Shown: piece after piece, positions 22,938 to 33,158 of the stretch | How the letters are laid out: every line of letters begins with the position of its first letter | How positions within the stretch are numbered: the first letter of the stretch is position 1 | Assembly: GCA_000146045.2 (NCBI GenBank) | Contig: BK006941.2 | Span: 480,001-544,000, forward strand | Length of the DNA stretch: 64,000 bases | Direction of reading: 5' to 3' | Source: TPA_inf: Saccharomyces | Lineage: Eukaryota | Made by a program: the position numbers and the translations under genes | Notes under the pieces: model-generated | Seen by the model: only the letters and a program-made list of their open reading frames with translations | Databases searched by the model: none | Told to the model about the DNA's origin: nothing

Positions 22938-24326
22938 ATGAGCGAAATAAATAATGAAAATCTAGAGCCAACCTCAAGTACAGTAGCTGAGTCTACAGAA
23001 AGCAAGAATAAACACATTCGTAGCGCTTTAAGAAAACGAAGAGGTAAATTAAGCGCCCAAACTTATGAGGAAGATCAAGAGGCTATTTTATCATCTCCTT
23101 TATTGACTTCAACACCTAAAACAGTCTCCAGGTCATTAGTGAGGTTATACCCATATTTAATTGTTGTGGATAACTTTCTAAGTATCATCACTTGGTCCAA
23201 TGACAATGTCTCTGCAAACTTGCTTGGAATATTCTTATTTACGGTTTGTGTTCTATATTTTGGATTTATTACAAGGTATTTTGGACATTTAATGATCGTT
23301 GGTATAATATGGGTATATCTTTTAATTGACAAGCACGTTCAAGAAACAATGGCATCTTGCCCTTCATTGGATGATATAATACACGTTATGGATAGGGTTT
23401 CTATGAAATCTAGCGCTGTGTTATCTCCTATTACGATTTTGAGCGCTCAGGATGTTAGAAGACTGTTATTTACCATTGCCTTCCTATCCCCAGTTTATAT
23501 TTTTCTAACAGTGTTTGTGCTATCTCCAAACTATTTAATGTTAATAGGGGGTCTGTATGTGCTTACGTACCATTCTAAACTAATCCGAAGAATGAGAAGA
23601 TACTTGTGGAAATTTCGCGTTGTTAGATTACTTGTATTTTTCATAACAGGATTAGACCTTGGTGGACCAGATAATAATAGGCGCTTGTTTGCTTCTGTCA
23701 ATAAGAAAATAAGGTCCTTTGTTTGGAATGAGGTAGGGAACACATCTAACACTAAAAAGACTGTACTTTTCAAGGTTGCTCTGTTTGAAAACCAGCGCCG
23801 CTGGCTTGGCATCGGATGGACATCAACTATGTTGAGTTATGAGCGCGCATCTTGGACAGATGAATTCCTAAATACTTCTCCAAGCCCAGAAGTGTTTACT
23901 TTACCAGAGGAGCAGTCGGGAATGGCTTGGGAATGGCACGATAAAGATTGGATGCTTGACCTAACAAATGATGGGATCATTCAACTTCCTGCTTCTGCTG
24001 CTAAGACAAAAGTTAAGCCAGGTGCAGATGAAGGTTTCATATATTATGATAACACCTGGAATAATCCCTCTGCAACGGACACATATAAAAAGTACACAAG
24101 AAGAAGGAGGTGGATCAGGACTGCAACAGTAACAACAACGTATGACGATGAGCCCACTGTAGAAAAAGCTACACCGAATTCTCATGCTCTGAAGAGTGAA
24201 GAAAATAATAGAGTTAGAAAAAGAAAAGTGTCATTTAGTACAGCAAATGAAGTGCATATCATACCTTCCTCGGACAGTAGCAAATTAATACAAATATCTG
24301 ATGTTTCAATGTCTCCTTCTCTATAA
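22938..24326 (+). CDS. PEX31: Peroxisomal membrane protein (Pex30/31/32 dysferlin-domain family), 462 aa
   Basis: Matches Pex31 from MSEINNENLEP.... The ORF-track start at 22905 adds 11 codons, so the Met at 22938 is preferred. It has a reticulon-like TM region. Confidence 0.8.
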   Translation: MSEINNENLEPTSSTVAESTESKNKHIRSALRKRRGKLSAQTYEEDQEAILSSPLLTSTPKTVSRSLVRLYPYLIVVDNFLSIITWSNDNVSANLLGIFLFTVCVLYFGFITRYFGHLMIVGIIWVYLLIDKHVQETMASCPSLDDIIHVMDRVSMKSSAVLSPITILSAQDVRRLLFTIAFLSPVYIFLTVFVLSPNYLMLIGGLYVLTYHSKLIRRMRRYLWKFRVVRLLVFFITGLDLGGPDNNRRLFASVNKKIRSFVWNEVGNTSNTKKTVLFKVALFENQRRWLGIGWTSTMLSYERASWTDEFLNTSPSPEVFTLPEEQSGMAWEWHDKDWMLDLTNDGIIQLPASAAKTKVKPGADEGFIYYDNTWNNPSATDTYKKYTRRRRWIRTATVTTTYDDEPTVEKATPNSHALKSEENNRVRKRKVSFSTANEVHIIPSSDSSKLIQISDVSMSPSL

Positions 24327-24656
24327 TGAGTGCATGCCCCATATGGACAACAACGTTCACACTGGTCGGTGCAAGGGCACACAGCAATCTCAGAGTTTCT
24401 TTCATTGGCTGCATGGAGCACAAATTCAATCTTGTGCTTTAAAGTATCTGCGCGGTTATGGCAAGTTCTCCATCAGTCTCTTATTCCAGCAAGCATTCTT
24501 TTACGGAACTTCAATGCATCTAAATACATATGTACAGATAGCCAAAACTAATAGAGACATAATAAATTAAACAAAACTGTAAATTTTAAAAAGAGTATAT
24601 ATAGGGCTCAAGAAACTGCGTAAATATAAAATTAATGAAGAAAATCTGATTGTCAA

Positions 24657-25859
24657 CTAAACGACATCTTCCATTTCTATTTCATCTTCCAAGTCAGCCT
24701 CCGCGTCTCCTTGCGCATTGTCTCCAGCGGAACCTGTTTGCTCATCAGCTAGTTCACCTAAGGTTGCCTTTCTCTCCTCCTCTTTCAACTTTTTATACTC
24801 TGGCCTTAAAGTGTATTTGAATGCATATGGGCCCTTCTTCACTAGAGTGGCAACTTTATCCAAACACTCCTTTAAATGTGCTTCAGGTTGCCTAGTACGT
24901 TCCTTCAACCCCTTCAAGGACCAGTAGTCATACTCATCAAATAACTTGAACAAGTAATCCAAGATTTCCTTCTTTGGCATACGAATAGATTTAATATTGC
25001 TCTTGGCCTTCTCACGCCCCACTTTCAAGAAATTCGAGTTGTCTGACCTCATGGACATACCTGTGTGGCTCATCGTAACACCAACGGTTTCATCCAAAGT
25101 TGTGATCCTTTCCTTATTATTAAGCTTGACAATATTTCTTCTCTGTTCAACAATCTTGTGATAATTAGGATCATTCATTGATGGCATAACCTGACATTCG
25201 TGGCAAACTGTACCCACAATGGCGGTTTTTTTGGGAATCGTCTTCACATATGGTATATATCTATCTCTACCATCCCTATCTGTCATAACTCTGTGATTAA
25301 ACTTTTTTCTATTATTTCTACGTTTTTGCTGCTGCTGCTTCTTCTTAAGTTCCTCTTCACGTTCTTGCTTCTTCAGGTAAGCTTGCCTTTGCTTTTCAGG
25401 ATCTGCTTCCAACTCCTTTTTACGTTGTTGATATTTCTTTAAATTTTGTTCTGTGAAAACATATTCATTTTCTACTACTTTCTTTGTAAGTTCTAAATCA
25501 TATTCGTGCGGTATAGAATCGTTATCATTTTCATTCAATAGAAGTGTGATTTTACTCCCATCCTTGTTTATCCTAATTTTACCCAGTTCTTGGCCATGCA
25601 AGTTGTTTCTGTCCCTCCATTTCTCTGCTAGAAACATGGGCAATCTAACTAACCAGACTTGTCTATTACTACGTTCCAAGTCCAAATCTAAGGATTCTTC
25701 ATAAACTTTGGTTTCATTATTCTCAATATCATTACCGTCAAAAACTTCCTCCTCTTGCGAAAGATACTCATCACCGGAAATGTTACCTGATTTCTCCTTC
25801 GCGACAGAGTTCGTGGAATTATTAGAAAGTGCTGGTGCCCCTGCTGAACCACTGCTCAT
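24657..25859 (-). CDS. TFG2: TFIIF middle subunit (Tfg2), 400 aa
   Basis: 400-aa ORF with a charged KK/EE-rich linker and a C-terminal winged-helix, recognised as YGR005C. Confidence 0.85.
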   Translation of the reverse strand: MSSGSAGAPALSNNSTNSVAKEKSGNISGDEYLSQEEEVFDGNDIENNETKVYEESLDLDLERSNRQVWLVRLPMFLAEKWRDRNNLHGQELGKIRINKDGSKITLLLNENDNDSIPHEYDLELTKKVVENEYVFTEQNLKKYQQRKKELEADPEKQRQAYLKKQEREEELKKKQQQQKRRNNRKKFNHRVMTDRDGRDRYIPYVKTIPKKTAIVGTVCHECQVMPSMNDPNYHKIVEQRRNIVKLNNKERITTLDETVGVTMSHTGMSMRSDNSNFLKVGREKAKSNIKSIRMPKKEILDYLFKLFDEYDYWSLKGLKERTRQPEAHLKECLDKVATLVKKGPYAFKYTLRPEYKKLKEEERKATLGELADEQTGSAGDNAQGDAEADLEDEIEMEDVV

Positions 25860-26069
25860 GGTGTTAAGTTGGTCTTCTATTTTACTCTTAATATTGCGTT
25901 ATGCGTTGAAGCCAACAGCATATGTCTTATTCTTCTAATTTCAAGCCTGATAATTTATTCATTTCGCGCAAGGGAAGATGAAAAAGTTAAGAAGAGAATC
26001 GACCTTTGGAAAGGGCCCCAATGGAAAGAACTTCAATGTTTTTTCCTCTACAAGTAATAAGAGCATAAA

Positions 26070-26825
26070 ATGGACCTAGATCTAGCCAGTATCTTAAAAG
26101 GTGAAATTTCTAAGAAGAAGAAAGAGCTGGCCAACTCTAAAGGTGTTCAGCCACCATGCACTGAGAAATTCCAGCCACATGAATCCGCAAACATAGACGA
26201 AACACCGCGACAGGTAGAACAAGAAAGTACAGATGAAGAAAACCTGTCAGACAATCAGAGTGACGATATTAGGACCACCATTAGCAAATTAGAAAATCGG
26301 CCAGAAAGGATACAAGAAGCGATAGCTCAAGACAAAACCATCTCTGTAATCATTGATCCATCACAAATTGGTTCTACTGAAGGAAAACCTCTTTTGTCAA
26401 TGAAATGTAATTTATATATTCACGAAATATTATCTCGTTGGAAGGCGTCTTTGGAAGCTTATCATCCGGAGCTGTTCTTAGACACTAAAAAAGCACTCTT
26501 TCCACTCCTACTGCAACTACGAAGGAACCAGCTTGCCCCGGATTTACTTATTTCCCTTGCGACCGTTCTCTATCATTTACAACAACCTAAAGAAATAAAT
26601 TTAGCCGTTCAGTCCTATATGAAACTCAGTATCGGCAATGTGGCCTGGCCTATTGGTGTTACTAGCGTAGGCATTCATGCTCGTAGTGCACATTCGAAAA
26701 TTCAAGGAGGCCGGAATGCTGCTAACATAATGATTGATGAAAGAACGCGATTATGGATTACCAGTATTAAAAGATTAATAACTTTTGAAGAATGGTATAC
26801 CAGCAACCACGATAGCTTAGCCTAA
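26070..26825 (+). CDS. PRP18: Second-step splicing factor Prp18, 251 aa
   Basis: 251-aa ORF recognised as Prp18 (YGR006W). Confidence 0.85.
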   Translation: MDLDLASILKGEISKKKKELANSKGVQPPCTEKFQPHESANIDETPRQVEQESTDEENLSDNQSDDIRTTISKLENRPERIQEAIAQDKTISVIIDPSQIGSTEGKPLLSMKCNLYIHEILSRWKASLEAYHPELFLDTKKALFPLLLQLRRNQLAPDLLISLATVLYHLQQPKEINLAVQSYMKLSIGNVAWPIGVTSVGIHARSAHSKIQGGRNAANIMIDERTRLWITSIKRLITFEEWYTSNHDSLA

Positions 26826-26968
26826 TTGTTGAACTATTGTTTTCGTTATCGCGTGGCACGATATCATGCGGCCAAAATAAGAAGCAAGAATGCAGATGTT
26901 GATAGCCTTTGTTCAATTTTCCAGAGACAAATGCTTTACAGGATCGGGACTTGAAATATACTGACTGG

Positions 26969-27940
26969 ATGACGGTAAACTTAGATCCGGATAAAGTTTG
27001 GATAGACGGCTGCTTTGATTTCACACATCATGGGCATGCGGGAGCCATTTTGCAGGCTCGTCGAACAGTTTCAAAAGAAAATGGTAAACTATTCTGTGGT
27101 GTGCATACCGATGAAGATATTCAGCATAACAAAGGAACACCAGTAATGAACTCTTCAGAAAGATATGAGCATACTAGATCAAATAGGTGGTGTTCGGAAG
27201 TGGTTGAAGCGGCGCCATATGTTACAGATCCCAATTGGATGGATAAATATCAGTGCCAATATGTTGTTCATGGTGATGATATCACCATAGATGCTAATGG
27301 AGAAGACTGCTATAAGTTGGTGAAAGAGATGGGGCGCTTCAAGGTAGTTAAAAGAACATATGGCGTAAGTACTACCGAGATTATACATAGAATATTGACG
27401 AAAAAATCTTTGCCACCGACTCATCCTGATTATTATCCCACCACCCAGGAATTGAGTTTCTATTCTGTCGCCCAAGATGCCGTTTCAAAACATTGTTATG
27501 TCTTTCAGAGGGATTTGGACAATGTCTTGGTCAATGGTGGATACAAATTCGATGCAGAAGATTGTGTTTATGTTGACGGGGATTTTGACTTATTCCATAT
27601 GGGGGATATTGATCAGTTAAGAAAGCTGAAAATGGATCTTCACCCCGATAAGAAATTGATTGTTGGTATTACCACAAGCGATTACTCGAGTACCATTATG
27701 ACGATGAAGGAACGCGTCTTGAGCGTTTTAAGTTGTAAATATGTTGATGCCGTTATTATCGATGCTGACGCCACCTCAATGTCTCAGTATAACTGCGAGA
27801 AGTATCATATTGGCACGGCTGTCCTCACTGCTGCCGGAAAATTCAGTGAATACTTGACTAAAGAGCTTATTGTGAAGAGGGTGGAATCGCAAAGGGAGGT
27901 TTACATTGCGAGGAACCAAAAAAAGGGAATGTCCATATAA
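26969..27940 (+). CDS. ECT1: Ethanolamine-phosphate cytidylyltransferase, 323 aa
   Basis: Two cytidylyltransferase HxGH motifs (CFDFTHHGHAG and DGDFDLFHMGD). The protein matches from MTVNLDPDKVW..., and the ORF-track start at 26909 adds a 20-codon extension. Confidence 0.85.
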   Translation: MTVNLDPDKVWIDGCFDFTHHGHAGAILQARRTVSKENGKLFCGVHTDEDIQHNKGTPVMNSSERYEHTRSNRWCSEVVEAAPYVTDPNWMDKYQCQYVVHGDDITIDANGEDCYKLVKEMGRFKVVKRTYGVSTTEIIHRILTKKSLPPTHPDYYPTTQELSFYSVAQDAVSKHCYVFQRDLDNVLVNGGYKFDAEDCVYVDGDFDLFHMGDIDQLRKLKMDLHPDKKLIVGITTSDYSSTIMTMKERVLSVLSCKYVDAVIIDADATSMSQYNCEKYHIGTAVLTAAGKFSEYLTKELIVKRVESQREVYIARNQKKGMSI

Positions 27941-28109
27941 ACAAATGTTGAAAACTTCTTCGAACGTAAATTAAATGGATGTAAGAAAACTGTATTACAT
28001 AAGTCATGAAGTAGGCATGCAAGTATATACCTATAGATGCATATAAATCAGTGGAGAAGGCCACTATCCTTCAGAGATCAAAAAACCTTTTTTTATCTTG
28101 AAAACGCCC

Positions 28110-28364
28110 TCATTCCTTTTGGACGTTTTCAAACTTTTGTTCATGCGATTGCAAATTTGAGCCTCTTCTATCTTTCTTGAACACTGGGGGTATTTCACCA
28201 TTATCAATTAAGTCATCAATCTCATCGCCTGGCTTACCCCAATTACCCTTGCCGGAACCTTGCTTCTTGATGTGATTTGGAGATTCACCGTAGTTACCAG
28301 TGTGCGAAAAGTACTTTGGATCAGCCTTTCCTTCACGTTCGGTCCACTTGTTTGTTCTCGTCAT
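28110..28364 (-). CDS. STF2: ATPase-stabilizing factor / stress protein Stf2, 84 aa
   Basis: MTRTNKWTEREGKADPKYFSHTGNYGESPNH...KFENVQKE matches the Stf2/Tma10 family. The start is at the eighth codon of the ORF-track frame. Confidence 0.8.
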   Translation of the reverse strand: MTRTNKWTEREGKADPKYFSHTGNYGESPNHIKKQGSGKGNWGKPGDEIDDLIDNGEIPPVFKKDRRGSNLQSHEQKFENVQKE

Positions 28365-28639
28365 TTTTTCTGATTGGTTGTACACTTGAGCGGTTTGTTA
28401 CTGTTGATTGTTCGTTTATTTGTATAATTGAGTTTACACAACAATTGTTACAATAGTATGGGTAATTAGGGCCAAGAGAGTGACAAAAAGCAAACTTATA
28501 AATAGTCCTTTTATACAAATGACAAGTGTTCGCTTCTGCGCTCGCAGCCCCCTGTTTTCGAAGGAGTTTCTTAGCCTAAGCTAGGCAGGCGCGCCCCCAT
28601 TATCTATCCCTTCATTGCTTACTGAGAGGTTTTCCTCCC

Positions 28640-28644
28640 CCCCT
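28640..28644 (+). promoter_or_regulatory. STRE (CCCCT) in a poly-C tract upstream of STF2
   Basis: CCCCCCCT lies about 280 bp upstream of the STF2 ATG (minus-strand gene). STF2 is stress-inducible, and Msn2/4 bind AGGGG/CCCCT. Confidence 0.35.
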
Positions 28645-28788
28645 CCGCGTATATTTCCTCCGCTGGAGAAAATTAGTTGTGGGACGGATAGCATCACTTA
28701 ATTCTGTACCTTTTTGAAACTGGCTTGGTACTTTCTGTTGGATAGCAACATTTCCCGCTGGGATACTTCAACATGGGCTATGAATTTT

Positions 28789-28820
28789 CTTTTGTCTTTT
28801 ATCTTTTATCTTTTATCTTT
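28789..28820 (+). repeat. (TTTTATC)4 heptanucleotide tandem repeat downstream of SEC9
   Basis: ttttgtcttttatcttttatcttttatcttt is visible directly. Confidence 0.8.
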
Positions 28821-29046
28821 TATCTTTAAATTATTTGAGCTCGGTTAAGTTCATAACTATTGCGTGCCCGAATGGTATTCTTTCAATTCACAACCAAACA
28901 TTAAAATGAAGAAAGCATACTCTTATATTATATCAATGTCTTTTTCTTTACTTATTTGTCTTTGCTCATAAATTTCTACATAATGGTAGTAATGGTGATG
29001 AAATGTTGTTACTTGTGATATATTACATAGTTTTTACAGGCATATT

Positions 29047-31002
29047 CTATCTGATACCTGCCAACCTGTTGGTATTCATATGGAGATTGATATCTAGATC
29101 ATCAGTGCTTTCCTCAATGTTGTTGAGACGTTTTTGCTGAGAGTCTAATTCTTTACCAGTGGTCAAGGCCATTTTCTTCAATCTGTTGCTAACCTGCTGA
29201 ATCTGGTCCAAATTCCTATCAATTTCCAATTCCATTTCGTCATCTTCTTCATCATTCTCAAACTGATATCTCTTTGCCTTTTCTAGAACATTCTTCCTCT
29301 GATATCTTTCCCGCACCTCACTTATGTTATTATTTGCGTTCATAGCACCCTCTATTCTTTGAGTGGACTGAGACAATTGTTGACTTGTTTGCTCTCTCAT
29401 TAATTTTTCTTCAATTTTCCTATTCTTCAGCTGCTCTTCCCTCTCCCTTCTCCTTCTCTTGGAATTAAACGGATTAGAAACATGGACAGCCAATATACTA
29501 CGGTTCAATTTTTTTAGTTCTGCAACTTTTTCATCTGCAACTTTATTTTGCACCTTCATTAAATCTAAGTTTCCTTCTACGTTATTCAATTGTTCACTTT
29601 GATGACCCAGCATACCCAATGTGTTCATACCTGCTCTTTCGGCGTCTTGAGCCATTTTTAGTGTATTTCTAGTAGAGGCTACGGAACTCTGTTTCGTAAA
29701 TTTGATCTCCTGCTTGATTTCATCTACTGCTTCATCTTCTTCCTGCTGCTGGCGAGCCTCCTCTTCTTTTTGTATTTCTTCAAATGTTTTGTAACCCCTT
29801 TGATCTCCATATTGGTTATTTGTTGCGTTAAAGTGTTGCTGTTGCTGTTGCTGCTCATCCATGAACCACTGTTGCTGCTGCTGCTGTCTTGAACTATGAT
29901 CAACTTCGGACGCATTTAAATCTATTGAATCTTCATTCGTCATTACTGCATTCAAATCAGGCTCATCTAATGCCGCTCTATTTTCTGCAGACTTGTCAGC
30001 ATAAACTTCTTCAAAATCAAATTCACCTGTTCTAGGTTCTTCATTTAAATCAACTTCACTATTGCGTGCTGCTTCATCAGAAGCAATAAAAGAGGGCGTA
30101 TAAGTCATTGGAGCTTGTTGCGATTGCGGTTGACGCACACTTCTACTAGAATATGGATTTGCAGACCTGTTCAAATTTCCATTACTATATGAGTCGTTCG
30201 CCATAGAGGCGTATGGATTTGCATTCTTGGAGCTTCCTTGTCGAGTACCGCTAGATCTATTAGTATTGGAGTCATACGCCCCGCCATAACTATTCATATC
30301 AGCGTAAGGATTTCTCTTTTCTTGCATCGGGTTTGCTAAGGGACTTCTTTGGTCAAGCGATAAGCTGTTGGTCGACGTTGAAACCGGCGGTTGCCTTGTT
30401 TGCCTCGAAGGCCCTACGTTTAAAGTGCTGTTTGAATGATTTAAACTATTACGGCCATTCGCATTCACCCAGCTGTTTGAAGTATTTTGGTTACTATACG
30501 GGCCATCGTTATTATATGAATTCAGAGATGTGCCATTGTACCCCCCTCCATAATCACCATAAGGCGCAGCATTGACGCTACCTCTCCCATTACTTTTATT
30601 AGCTTGAAACCTTGCATAAGGATCGTCATCATATCGGTAATCATCATTTTCGATAGCGTACGGATCTTGCATAGAATTGGATTCTGCTCCATTTCCGAGA
30701 TCTTGCGTGCCACTTGAACCTCTATTAGAACCAGCAGTTGCCTCGTTAGCATTGGCATCTAAGGGAGAAGCATTCAAATCCTCAAGTTCATCCTGTGGCC
30801 TAGCATACTGCTCATAACCTGGTGGCGCGTATACCTTATCTTCAGCTTTATCATTTGCAAATTTACCGTAGGCGGCAAATTTCTCTTTTCTTTTCTTGCT
30901 AGGGTTTTTGACACTAATACCCAGTTCCATCAAAGTATCCTTGTTCTGTTCTGGTGTCGCTTCCTCTGGAGGCTTAATCTTAAAAAATTTCTTTAATCCC
31001 AT
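29047..31002 (-). CDS. SEC9: Plasma-membrane t-SNARE (SNAP-25 homologue), 651 aa
   Basis: Long N/S/Q-rich N-terminal domain followed by two C-terminal SNARE helices, recognised as Sec9 (YGR009C). Confidence 0.88.
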   Translation of the reverse strand: MGLKKFFKIKPPEEATPEQNKDTLMELGISVKNPSKKRKEKFAAYGKFANDKAEDKVYAPPGYEQYARPQDELEDLNASPLDANANEATAGSNRGSSGTQDLGNGAESNSMQDPYAIENDDYRYDDDPYARFQANKSNGRGSVNAAPYGDYGGGYNGTSLNSYNNDGPYSNQNTSNSWVNANGRNSLNHSNSTLNVGPSRQTRQPPVSTSTNSLSLDQRSPLANPMQEKRNPYADMNSYGGAYDSNTNRSSGTRQGSSKNANPYASMANDSYSNGNLNRSANPYSSRSVRQPQSQQAPMTYTPSFIASDEAARNSEVDLNEEPRTGEFDFEEVYADKSAENRAALDEPDLNAVMTNEDSIDLNASEVDHSSRQQQQQQWFMDEQQQQQQHFNATNNQYGDQRGYKTFEEIQKEEEARQQQEEDEAVDEIKQEIKFTKQSSVASTRNTLKMAQDAERAGMNTLGMLGHQSEQLNNVEGNLDLMKVQNKVADEKVAELKKLNRSILAVHVSNPFNSKRRRREREEQLKNRKIEEKLMREQTSQQLSQSTQRIEGAMNANNNISEVRERYQRKNVLEKAKRYQFENDEEDDEMELEIDRNLDQIQQVSNRLKKMALTTGKELDSQQKRLNNIEESTDDLDINLHMNTNRLAGIR

Positions 31003-31486
31003 TCTTTTGGTGTCAATGGTGTATTATTCCGAGTTACTCCAGGCTAGGTTCAGGAGTACCAAGAATGTACTTTATTTATTTATACACCGGAGCAAGTCAT
31101 ATAATTACGCAAACGATTCGAAATTGTTAAAAGCAGGATCAACGTATCTCATTTCTTTTTGAAAGACGGGTAATAGAAAGTCTCTGAGTCGCACCCCACA
31201 TGGATATCGTACTATTCGTATATGGAATGTAAAATACTCGCAATACGATTTTATTTAGCTTCACAATCTCTCAAACTTATCGTCTTGATCAATCTTTACG
31301 TTTTACCAAATAATCGCCTGTTTCTGGCCATTTTTTGCTTATACCATCTACCATACTCGCTGTCCATATGTGACGGTGTCGTCTCCAAGAAAAATAACAA
31401 TGTAAATTGACCCAGCGTGACGACAGTAGACTGTAAGTTATAGTACAATCATACTCTACCTTAGTCACTGTTCCTCCACTGTTAAG

Positions 31487-31504
31487 TAGAGAGAGAGAGA
31501 GAGT
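31487..31504 (+). repeat. (GA)9 dinucleotide microsatellite in the SEC9/NMA2 divergent promoter
   Basis: gagagagagagagagagt is visible directly. Confidence 0.8.
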
Positions 31505-31544
31505 TTAAAGTGGAGAAGGCAAGAAAAAGTGCACTTATTACGTA

Positions 31545-32732
31545 ATGGATCCCACCAAAGCACCCGATTTTAAACCGCCACAGCCAAATGAAGAACTACA
31601 ACCACCGCCAGATCCAACACATACGATACCAAAATCTGGACCCATAGTTCCATATGTTTTAGCTGATTATAATTCTTCGATCGATGCTCCTTTCAATCTC
31701 GACATTTACAAAACCCTGTCGTCAAGGAAAAAAAACGCCAACTCAAGCAACCGAATGGACCATATTCCATTAAATACTAGTGACTTCCAGCCACTATCTC
31801 GGGATGTATCATCGGAGGAGGAAAGTGAAGGGCAATCGAATGGAATTGACGCTACTCTACAGGATGTTACGATGACTGGGAATTTGGGGGTACTGAAGAG
31901 CCAAATTGCTGATTTGGAAGAAGTTCCTCACACAATTGTAAGACAAGCCAGAACTATTGAAGATTACGAATTTCCTGTACACAGATTGACGAAAAAGTTA
32001 CAAGATCCTGAAAAACTGCCTCTGATCATCGTTGCTTGTGGATCATTTTCTCCCATAACATACCTACATTTGAGAATGTTTGAAATGGCTTTAGATGATA
32101 TCAATGAGCAAACGCGTTTTGAAGTGGTTGGTGGTTATTTTTCTCCAGTAAGTGATAACTATCAAAAGCGAGGGTTAGCCCCAGCTTATCATCGTGTCCG
32201 CATGTGCGAATTAGCATGCGAGCGGACATCATCTTGGTTAATGGTTGATGCCTGGGAATCTTTACAATCAAGTTATACAAGGACAGCAAAAGTCTTGGAC
32301 CATTTCAATCATGAAATAAATATCAAGAGAGGTGGAATCATGACTGTAGATGGTGAAAAAATGGGCGTAAAAATCATGTTATTGGCAGGCGGTGATCTTA
32401 TCGAATCCATGGGCGAGCCTCATGTGTGGGCTGATTCAGACCTGCACCATATTTTGGGTAATTATGGATGTTTGATCGTGGAAAGGACTGGTTCTGATGT
32501 TAGGTCCTTCTTGCTTTCCCATGATATCATGTATGAACACAGAAGAAATATCCTTATTATCAAACAACTTATTTACAATGATATTTCCTCTACGAAAGTG
32601 CGGCTTTTCATCAGACGTGGAATGTCAGTTCAATATCTTCTTCCAAACTCTGTCATCCGTTACATCCAAGAGTATAATCTATACATTAATCAAAGTGAAC
32701 CGGTCAAGCAGGTCTTGGATAGCAAAGAGTGA
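31545..32732 (+). CDS. NMA2: Nicotinamide/nicotinic acid mononucleotide adenylyltransferase, 395 aa
   Basis: NMNAT fold motifs (GSFSPITYLHLRMFE ... ISSTKVR). The N-terminal extension and length fit Nma2 (YGR010W) rather than Nma1 given the neighbours. Confidence 0.85.
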   Translation: MDPTKAPDFKPPQPNEELQPPPDPTHTIPKSGPIVPYVLADYNSSIDAPFNLDIYKTLSSRKKNANSSNRMDHIPLNTSDFQPLSRDVSSEEESEGQSNGIDATLQDVTMTGNLGVLKSQIADLEEVPHTIVRQARTIEDYEFPVHRLTKKLQDPEKLPLIIVACGSFSPITYLHLRMFEMALDDINEQTRFEVVGGYFSPVSDNYQKRGLAPAYHRVRMCELACERTSSWLMVDAWESLQSSYTRTAKVLDHFNHEINIKRGGIMTVDGEKMGVKIMLLAGGDLIESMGEPHVWADSDLHHILGNYGCLIVERTGSDVRSFLLSHDIMYEHRRNILIIKQLIYNDISSTKVRLFIRRGMSVQYLLPNSVIRYIQEYNLYINQSEPVKQVLDSKE

Positions 32733-33158
32733 GTTTATTACAACTCTGATACTGCAGCAGTTCAAATTTACCACTTTCCTCTTCAAGGTGCATAGAAAAA
32801 AAGTTCCTGGATGCACGATTTAAAATGTTTACAGCAGAGCAACAATCATGTGAACAATGTCAAACATTTATTTTAACACTTAATAATTATAATATAACCA
32901 CACCAGCGGTAAGTTTCATAAGGAAAACCTTTCAGACAAACATTCCAGTGAATCGTATACGTAAATCAGCAAAATTAGCTTATAAAATACAGAATCCGAA
33001 GATACTTGATCTACTCGCGTTACTATTAATGCGGGTAATGATCTATATTGAATTTTGCACGTCTATAGTAACTTAAAAGTCTTGTAATATTTGAAGTAAC
33101 AATGCCGTATAATACTGCATAATAGCCCTATCAATCGGAATATACCAAAACATCCTTT

